Of a stretch of 64,000 nt of DNA, positions 54,822-64,000 are shown one piece after another (within the stretch, counting starts at the first letter, position 1; the number at the start of each line of letters is the position of its first letter). A model generated the notes under the pieces. It ran no database searches. It had not been told where the DNA came from and saw only the letters and a list, made by a program, of their open reading frames with translations. Source of the stretch: Lama glama (lineage: Eukaryota); contig CM052817.1 in assembly GCA_028534125.1 (NCBI GenBank), positions 107,572,001 to 107,636,000 on the forward strand. Reading direction: 5' to 3'. Made by a program: the position numbers and the translations under genes.

Positions 54822-55562
54822 CTTTTATTATTCATTTATCATTGATGTAGAGTTGATTTACAATGTTGTGTTAGTTTCTGGTGTGCAGCATAGTGGTTCA
54901 GTTATACGTGCATATGACCTTTTTCATTACAAGTTATTATAAAATATTGAATATAGTTCCCTGTGCTGTACATTAGGACCTTGTTCATTTTATATATAGT
55001 GGTGTGTATCTGTTAATCCCAAACTCCTAATTTATCCGCCCCCTTTCCCTTTTGGTAACTGCAAGTTTGTTTTCTAGGTCTGTGAGTCTGTTTCTGTTTG
55101 GTACCTAAATTCCTTTGTACTATTTTTTTTTAGATTCTACATATAGGTGATATCATATGATATTTGTCTTGCTCTGTCTGATTTACTTCGCTTAGAATGA
55201 TGATCTCCAGCTCCATCCGTGTTGCTGCAAATGGCATTATTTTATTCTTTCTTATGGATGAGTAGTGTTCCATGGTATAAATATACCACAACTTCTTTAT
55301 CCAGTCGTCTGGATATTTAGGTTACGTCCACGTCTTGGGTATTGTGAATAGAGCTACTGTAACATTGGGGTGCACGTGTCTTTTTGAATTACAGTTCCCT
55401 CTGTATATATGCCCAGGAGTGGGATGGCTGGCTTATAGGGTAAATCTGTTTTTAGTTTTTACGGAGTCTCCATACCGTTTTCCACAGTGGCTGCACCAGT
55501 CTACACTCCCACCAACAGTGCTGGGGGGTCCTTTTCTCCACACCCTCTCCTGCATTTATCAC
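54822..55562 (-). mobile_element. 5'-truncated L1
   Basis: attgatgtagagttgatttacaatgttgtgttagtttctgg...cataccgttttccacagtggctgcacc. Confidence 0.9.
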
Positions 55563-56288
55563 AATGCCTCCTGCCGTGTGTTTACAAGACCTCAGCATCC
55601 GAGTGTCCTGCAATTATGTTTGCCAGTCTCTGAAGGGAGGTCTCCGGGTGCTCACGGTCCCCATGGGGCAACGTCACAGTCTTTCTTCCTTGCCCCATTG
55701 TCCCCAGGCTAACACTGCCACCATTCAAGTTGTCTGAAGAAGGCCTCCCGTTGCTGTGACTGATAGCTGCACTAGCCCCGAGTTTCCGTGGCTGCAGCTC
55801 TCTGAGGCGTGGAGCCCGGTGGGGTCCAGAAGAAGCTCGGAGGACTCTCTCCTCACTGTGTGCCCTCTGGGTCCTGAAGGGGTTCTGCTCATGCTCAACC
55901 TTCCAGCAAAGCTGCTTCTGCCCCCGTGCCTCATCACCTGCACGCAGTCCTCAAAACAAAACAAGCCAACAACCAAAACCAAAACAAAGAAACACATCAA
56001 TCAATAATAATGTAATAATGATAATAATAATAAAAAGGAAAGGCAGTCAGTCTTCTTAGAGATCGAGCTCATGATTCTACCATACATGGTGACTGAGCAG
56101 ACCAAACACCGAACTTCAGCCTACAGGTCACTGCAATTTTGTCAGGAACAGAGGACTTGCCTTAAATGCATATTGATTTTCTAAAAACAAGATGACAAGG
56201 TGTCCAGATCATTTTAACTCTCCACCTTTAGAGACCAAAACCTTCTCCTAGTGCCATATTTGATTGAAAGTTTTTACTTGATTTTTCT

Positions 56289-56788
56289 NNNNNNNNNNNN
56301 NNNNNNNNNNNNNNNNNNNNNNNNNNNNNNNNNNNNNNNNNNNNNNNNNNNNNNNNNNNNNNNNNNNNNNNNNNNNNNNNNNNNNNNNNNNNNNNNNNNN
56401 NNNNNNNNNNNNNNNNNNNNNNNNNNNNNNNNNNNNNNNNNNNNNNNNNNNNNNNNNNNNNNNNNNNNNNNNNNNNNNNNNNNNNNNNNNNNNNNNNNNN
56501 NNNNNNNNNNNNNNNNNNNNNNNNNNNNNNNNNNNNNNNNNNNNNNNNNNNNNNNNNNNNNNNNNNNNNNNNNNNNNNNNNNNNNNNNNNNNNNNNNNNN
56601 NNNNNNNNNNNNNNNNNNNNNNNNNNNNNNNNNNNNNNNNNNNNNNNNNNNNNNNNNNNNNNNNNNNNNNNNNNNNNNNNNNNNNNNNNNNNNNNNNNNN
56701 NNNNNNNNNNNNNNNNNNNNNNNNNNNNNNNNNNNNNNNNNNNNNNNNNNNNNNNNNNNNNNNNNNNNNNNNNNNNNNNNNNNNNNNN
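56289..56788. other. Assembly gap (500 N)
   Basis: Run of exactly 500 N. Confidence 0.99.
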
Positions 56789-57109
56789 ATGTGTGTGTAC
56801 AAATATTCTCTAAGCCTGCTCTGTCCACTGCCAATTAACTATGGCTCTGCTTGTCTTCTTTCTGACTTCTGAATCCTCCTAATCTGACTCTGTTCCCAAT
56901 TATCTTTTTACTTTCAGGTGGATGTCTCATTTTCAAACTTAACGTGGATTTCTCCCTCTAGGATCTCAGCTGGGTGTCATTCAGTTTTGAGGACCAAAAC
57001 CAATAGAAAGAGAGTTTTCCATTTGCACGTCATCACAAGAAAAAGACCAGATATGTTTGAAAGGAACTGTCAGCACTAAGCTATGGATCTCATATGGGAA
57101 GTTTATTAA

Positions 57110-57755
57110 TGAAAATGTATAGTGACTCTAGTAATCCCACGTCTGGGAATATATCCAAAGGAAATGAAATCAGTATCTCAAAGAGATGTCTGCACCCCCA
57201 TGTTCACTGAAGCAAAGCCAAGAGAGGGACACAATCTAAGTGTCTGTCGACAGATGAACGAAAAACAAATGTGACACGGAATGGAATGTTACTGTATATA
57301 GATTATGACAGAATATTATTAATCCATAAAAAAGAAAGAACTCTTGCAGCTCGACACAACATGGAGGAACCTGGGGAACATTATGCAAAGTGGTAAGTGG
57401 CACGTTGTCACTTACACGTGGAATCCAAAAAAGTCTAAATCATAGAAGCAGAGAGTAGAATGGTGGTTGCCGGGGGCCGGGGGTGGGAGACATGAGGAGA
57501 CAGTGCTGGTTAAACTTCCAGTTATAAGATGAGTAAGTTCTGGGGATCTAATGTATGGTGTCATGATGACCCTTAATAATACTGTATACTTGAAATTTGC
57601 TCAATGAGTAGATCTTAATCATTCTCATCCCATACAGAAAGGTAACTGTGTGAGGTGATGGATGAGTTAATCAGCTTGGTTGTAGAGATCATTTCACACA
57701 TTGTACACTTTAAATATGTACAATTTCATTTATACCTCAATGAAGCTGCAAAAGT
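57110..57755 (+). mobile_element. Older L1 (L1MA/MB-like) 3' end
   Basis: gtaatcccacgtctgggaatatatccaaaggaaatgaaatcagtatctcaaagagatgtctgcaccccc...gtaactgtgtgaggtgatggatgagttaatcagcttg. Confidence 0.85.
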
Positions 57756-58229
57756 GATAGTGAAACTTTAACCCAGTTAGGGTCCAAAACTTGACACAGG
57801 CAACAACTCCAGTATCAGGGGAGCATGGAGTTGCTTTAGTTTTGTCTGTAGTTGATTTGGCCTTTCTTCCCACCTGCTCGTGAGAAGGAAAAACATTAGC
57901 TTTGAGGTAAAGCTTAGTGTGGTCTGCTCATTTACACAGAAGCTTGATTGAATGCTCAGTTTCTCTTAAAACTAAAAGAGCACAGACAGTGTCCAGTTGG
58001 TCAAATATTCACCCAGTCCCCTGCTGATCTCCCTCAAGGGGTGTCCCTGTGCCTGGGAGAAGGGCTGTGGCTTATGAGACATTATGAACACATGGAATCA
58101 GAGTCCTAAGATGCTATGTCTTATGTATCCTTTAGTTTCCAGGACAGAATCCCACTTAACCTCCATCTCTCCTGCTGATAAACACGGCTCAAGAGGAACT
58201 CCTGCCTGGTGCTCCCCTCACGTGGTGAA

Positions 58230-58640
58230 AACTGCCCAAATCACCGATGCCAGCCGCATGGCTAAATCCAGTGGCTAATTCTTTGTCGTTATTTCTGTGA
58301 CCCTATATTAGCACCTGTCACCGTGATTTCCCCGTCTCTTTGGCGTTTGTCCTTGACATGGCTTCCAGAACGTCACATCCTTCTGGTTCTCCAGCTGCAC
58401 TCTGAAGGCTTCTTCAGTTGGCTTGGATGGCTCCTCACTGCATCCCCGGCCCCTCAGTGCTGGAGTGCCCCGTTGCTCTTCTGAAATCCAGCCCCACGTG
58501 CCTCATAGCTTGCTTGACTTCTACGTGTAAGTGTCCGGGAGAAAATGCAAACTCACCCCAGCTCGTCATCTTCCTGCTCTTGGTCAATGGCAGCCCCATC
58601 TTTCAAGCTGCTCAGACCAGAAATCTTGGGGTCCTGAGGC
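58230..58640 (+). mobile_element. L2 fragment
   Basis: gctaaatccagtgg; ggcttccagaacgtcacatccttctggttctcc; gtcaatggcagccccatctttcaagctgctcagaccagaaatcttggggtc. Confidence 0.65.
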
Positions 58641-59371
58641 TCTGCTAGCTCATGGCCTTGTCTCCTGCCCAACAGGGGAGAAACAGTTCAGGAGTTTTTG
58701 CTCTTAAGGTCTTGCCTCCTTGTGCTTCACAGGCCTCTCTCCGCTCTTACTTCACAGTGTCCACTCTCCTGTAGCACATTGCCATTTTAAACTGCGCAGA
58801 ATTGTGTTGGAAACCAGAGCCCTAGGTAATCTTGGGGTGAAATCACAGTGTTCAGTTTAAATTTGAAGTGCAGTCTGAGATGACCTGTTTCATCAGCATC
58901 AATTGCATGCTAAATTGTCTCTGTCGACTTGAATAATAAGGCTAACCGTCCACATTTCCTTGGCCTCCTGTTGGTCCTCCATGGCGCCTCCAATTCAGCA
59001 TATTTAAAACATTATCCTTCAGTAAGAAACACCTACGGCTATGCTGCCCTTCTTCTGGGAATAGTGCTTCTATTGTTCTTGGAATTAATCCTCTCCCTCC
59101 TCTAACTTTGTGGTTTCCATGAGCAAGGCTGTTTTTCTTACATGAGTTTGCCCCACTGGCCTCATTTATTGGTTCAGGGGTATCTTCCAGGTCAAGTCAA
59201 ACCAACAATAGGATTTCAAAACCCTAGGTACAATCCCTTGATTTATTACATGACACAGGGTGAGTCAATGAGAATCCTTCCTTAGAGATTTTGAACTTGG
59301 AAGTACAGAGCATAAAAGGCAGAGAGTAAAACTGCCTTTTAATCTCTGAATTTCTGGATTCAAATATATAT

Positions 59372-59376
<5 letters not shown>

Positions 59377-59405
<29 letters not shown>
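59377..59405. repeat. (GA)n microsatellite
   Basis: Seen directly. Confidence 0.95.
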
Positions 59406-59407
<2 letters not shown>

Positions 59408-62378
59408 CTGGTTCAAGAATAGAGACAGAGCCAAGTTCAAAAATAGAGGTAGAACTTATGAAAAGGCAACCCGGGGAGCTGGGCGGTAGCCACCTTGCCA
59501 ACGATGCAGAAGAAAATGGTCTGGAAACCAGCATCCAGAGAGAGGCACAGGTGAAGGGTAAAAGACTGGATTCTGGTGACAGCCCGGTCCCCAGATTGAG
59601 TTTTTTCTGAGACTCTAGCCTTTCAGCAGGTATTCATGGAAGCTCTTACGCTGCGTATTACAGAGGTGCTTTGTTAACTAGCCTAAGAGAGGAAAAAGGA
59701 ATTTGTTTCCTTTTATGGATGGGAAGGGTGTTGAAATAGCTAATGTGATCAAAGAAATAATTGCATTAACAAGGCTTCTACCTATGCCTGGACCTACTTG
59801 TCTCAGCTTTTGAGTTGGTCTCAACTGAACTTCATGCAATTAGCCTTTTCCAAGGTTGCCAAGGAAGAGGGTTGCTCGTTGCTACAGTTATTCATCCTTC
59901 TAAACGTTGCCCCAAAGACAAAAGCCCTAGAAGAGTCTCTGCTGGCTTTAATAGAAGAGTCTCATGAAGTCCCCAGAGCGGCAAGCTCAGGTCTGTGACC
60001 ACTTGTGAGCGGATCACTCTGGCCGGAGCGTGGGGCTCTCTGATTGGCCAGTCTTCGCTCAGTCACTGCTTCTCCGTCTGTGCGTAGGTCAGACATGGCC
60101 ATACTCAAAACCTGGACACTGTTATTAGAGGGGATATGAAGATGCATTCTGAGCAGACGACACCGTAGCTACCACAGCTGCATCATCTCTACTGGGACCA
60201 CCCTGTGTCAAGCCACCATCATCTCAATCGGAATTATTCTGATGATCCGAAGATGGTTTTCCTGTTCTAAACCCCCTACCCCCGCCTCTCAGTCTGTCCC
60301 TAAAACAACGAGAGTGATCCTTTTCAATCCTTTGTAGACCGTGTCCACTGAAAATCCTCCCGTGGCTCTGTATTTCCCTGGAGTCAAAGCCAATGTCCTT
60401 CCATTGGCCCTGGCTTTGCTATGAGCTGTCCTGCGATATGACCTTCCCTCTCTCAATCCTGTCTGGCCATCCTAGCCATCCTGTAACGGAGTGGTGGCAG
60501 GGGGTGTAGTAGGATGGTTAGGACAAAAAAGTGGGTGAGAGGGCAAGTTGGACGCAGGGAATGCAGTGGGGGCAGGCTGAAGGGTGGGGTTTAAATAGCA
60601 CAGAATAAGAAGGTAAGAGGTGGGGTAGAAGCAGGTCAGGAATTCTGTCCAAACCAAGTCAAGTAAGAACATGATCCGGACCCAGCCACTTGGAAAGGAG
60701 CCCTGGATGAAGAAGGCAAGAAAACAGCCCCGTCAGTATCTTCAGAGAAACTGGCAACCTCGAATGCCCCTGAGTCCCGGGTAGACATGGGCCAAGTGTG
60801 GTCTGGCTTCGTTGTGGAGGTATTCGGTGTCAGGAAGCCTGAGCATGTCTTGACAAAATAATATTTCCAAATCTGGCGGTATGCAGCACACACTCCATTA
60901 ATAATATTGACCTGCTTTTCTCCTAGAGAAGTGATGGGAACCGAATGTTCCTTGGGAGCAGCTGGGATGGGTCTAGGATGAGGGTGAGGGTTAGCACACC
61001 AAAGAACCAAGGCGTGTGGGAGACTCAGCCTTGATCCAGCTCATGGATAATCTTCCTTTTTCTTCAGGGACAGAGAAGACATAGACCAAAAGCAAATATA
61101 CCAAGTGCCATCTTTAAGATATCATTTTGATATGCTCAGGATTATCACCACAATGAGCAGAGACTCCAAAACAAAACGAATATAAAAACAGGTCTTTTGC
61201 TTGTTCAGTGTAAAAACATTGCACTCGGGAAAAGATGCTGCAACAAAATCTCCTGGGATTTCACAGCAAAGTCAGGGTGGGAGACTGACCCAGCCTCATG
61301 GTCTGCCTTTTCTCTTTTTCTGGTACTGATCTCAGCCTGCTGACTCTGTTCCAGTCTGCACATGTTCCTTCTTGCTTTGTTTCTCAGCCAGGAGCTTTTG
61401 TTAGCTGCCTGCATCTAAGATTCAATACCCCGTATGATTACTTGGCTGTGGCTTGTCTGGTGGCCACTTGCTTTGCTGAGATCCCTGTGCTTGAGGTACC
61501 TGTCGGTGCAGGAGGCTCCAGTCTTGTTATCTTTCCCCTGTTGCCCCTTTGTCATCTGCATCCTGGTTTCTTCCAGATCAGGCCCTTGGGTGAACCTAGT
61601 TATCCTCAGAGATGCACCCACACAGACTCCGTGCAGACATCTCACGACAGGATGGAAGACTCTAGCAGAGCACGTCCAGCTACCACATACAAGATTCTTC
61701 AGTGCTGACAAGGTTAAAGCTTGGGCGTATGCTATGAGAATTTGTTCCAGCTGAGTTTAGGACCTGGCATTCAATCATTTCTACTCGTTCAGAGTTGATC
61801 CTGTTGGTTCGCGTGGAGTTCCATCCCCCAGCTGCTGAGAATATAGAAACTGATGCTTAGAACTACAGCTCTGTCCAGAGTCCCCTGGGTTAACAGGGTG
61901 CTTACTCCTCCCTTCCCCCAGCAGACCACGTGGATTAGAGTTCAAATCTCACTTGTGGCGTAGGTGGGGCTGGGGTTGGGGTGGGGGGGAATGCTTCCCC
62001 TGGGAAATCACTGTACGTGGTTCTCAGAGAAAGGTTATAACGTGACTTTGTGCTGAGTGAGTGGTGTCAATCAAAATAATCCTTCCTCTCACCTTTAAAT
62101 GCAATCTCCCTGGAGACTGGCAATTTTTTGTCCATTCAAGCATTAAAAGCTTTCTCTCACTCTGATTGGGGAATGACTTCCAGATGAGAGCTCTGAGACA
62201 TCTCCTTAGACAAGCTGTTAAACCCGTACTCCGTCAAGTGTGTCTGAGCCCAGGAATGACTTGCATCTTTTGGAGGTAACAGATCTTCAGACTTAGAGAA
62301 CAGGGGTAGGAGGCAGTGTGTTGGCCCCTCTCATCAAGCTGCAGGGATGTGAAGCTCTCCAGAGAGGAATTGGATTCT

Positions 62379-62392
62379 GTTGCCATGGCAAC
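62379..62392. promoter_or_regulatory. RFX X-box palindrome GTTGCCATGGCAAC
   Basis: Exact 14-bp palindromic match to the RFX consensus in apparently non-repeat sequence. Confidence 0.55.
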
Positions 62393-64000
62393 TGCTTCAC
62401 TGCTCCAGGAGAAAACAGGACAGCAATTGAAGTCTGGGTTAATAGCAGCTCTAAAAATAACCGGTTATGTGTCGAAATCAAGTGAAAGACCCAGAAAGCA
62501 TAGGTAAAAATTACAACCTCGCAGGGCGGGACTGAAAATAAGGTATTGTGCAGAGGTTGTTACAACTACAATATGCTTTAAAGATTACAGGAATGGTTGG
62601 TGGCAAATATATTTTTGAGGGGAATCAATTATTATTTAATTTGCTCGTTCATTCGGGTGACTGTTGAGCCCTGATTGTGTCCCAGCCACGAGGCAGGACC
62701 TGAAGATACAGGCGTGTATCAGCGCTGTCTGTCTTACCTCGTGGTTTTGTGGGGGTAGTAGAAAAAAGTCTACCCTGGTTTAATGGATGTTTTGTTTGTG
62801 CACCGCATGCCATTCTGTTTCCCAGTTAGCAGCTGAGAGATTAAGGATTGGTATGGAATAGTCCCCAGCCCCAGGGACGATTTAGAAGCATTCACCGACG
62901 GTTTTTGGTTCAGCCACGGGCAGGTAACCAAGGGGCGAACCGGTGTCACCTTCTTTTCTCTGCAGTGATTGGCTTCTGCCTGAAGCTCGGAAAACTCATT
63001 TGGTGCTTGTGAGATGCTTGTAGGTTTTTGGACCTAGACATGAAAGTCTGTTGCTTCAGGAAGCCACCCGGAGCTCAGGAGGAGAGCCAGCCTGAGGAGG
63101 AAGTCAGTGTGGACAAGGCCACACACTGGAGGATGACAGAGCAATGCCACCAGCGCGCCTGAGCTGCCCCGGACCTACTCCACCCTTGGCTGTTCCAGGT
63201 CTACTTGCTAGTATGGTTTCTTCTTGGGATGCCGGAACTGAGTCTGTAGGTTTTCTGCTGCTGGAAAACAACATCAAAAGCACCCAAGTGATTACAAATG
63301 ACATACCATGGGGTGAGTCAAAATTTGGAAATAAACAGAGGGAATGACGGATGGAGAGAGGAAGAATAAATCAGGGAGGGAGAGGAGGTTGCAACTAAGT
63401 CCATCTTGGAGAAAGGTGCAGGAAGGATCAAAAGCATCCTCACTCGTGATGCAGAGAATTCAGTGTTCTGTCGGCACAGCTCCTCACTGCCGGGCTCTCC
63501 AGGATTGCTGGAGAAATGGACCTCCCTCAACCCAGGCCCTGTGCCCAGGGGGACACTTCACCAACCTAAAGACATTGAGTCCAGGTGCCCGTGACTCACA
63601 CTGCCCTTTGGCAGCCCAGTGGCACATCAGTGCCCCGGATGCAGGTCGCCCTCCAAAGCCCTGTGGTGCTTCTGGGCTGTGGGTGAGGGAGGGGTGGCAG
63701 CACTCTGTGCTCTTCCCCGACCTCCGGCTCACAGCCCCTGGTGGACTGCATCCAGCCTCTGGCCCTTATCTCTGACCCCAACGGTGGATGCTGCTTCCTA
63801 CTCTTCCACAGAATTGCTTTGCGTGGTCCCAGCCCCAGAGTCGGCCAGCAGTGTGAGGGAAACCAGAACGCAGATTGGGGCACCCTCTCTGGGCTCCTCT
63901 CTCCTCAAACCCCAGCTCCTTTGGCATCCCTGACTCCACATCTGTCTCAGCCTGGGGGGCTGCTGCCACCTTCTTGGGCTCCTGTCTCCCCGGGCACAAT

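Noticed and set aside
60470..64000. Possible exons of a neighbouring gene (GASK1B/FAM198B or a lncRNA)
   Set aside because: No recognisable peptide or consistent exon chain; non-coding exons cannot be excluded without RNA data.

Overview
Mammalian genomic DNA, probably a camelid: it carries three tRNA-Ala-derived SINEs of the Vic-1 type and artiodactyl-like L1 3' ends. The window holds one complete protein-coding gene, TMEM144, on the minus strand. I reconstructed 11 coding exons by hand (38833 to 10146; 1047 nt = 348 aa + stop); all introns are GT-AG and the phases are consistent. Its CpG-island promoter is at about 44.9-45.3 kb. The rest is intronic or intergenic and full of repeats (L1 fragments, ERV/MaLR solo LTRs, SINEs, MIR, L2, hAT MERs, microsatellites), with two 500-N assembly gaps. 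Almost all ORFs in the supplied track are spurious. I found no evidence of a new multi-gene system. The best leads are: (1) a perfect CLEAR element in the TMEM144 promoter plus an acidic dileucine-like motif in the protein, both pointing to a lysosomal transporter; (2) a perfect RFX X-box about 17 kb upstream; (3) an unidentified mRNA-3'-end retrocopy with target-site duplications (TSDs); (4) an L1 whose 5'UTR is joined directly to mid-ORF2; (5) a SINE-derived cryptic acceptor followed by an in-frame stop; (6) CpG-rich patches around the gene's 3' end. Repeat family names and boundaries come from eyeballing and are approximate.
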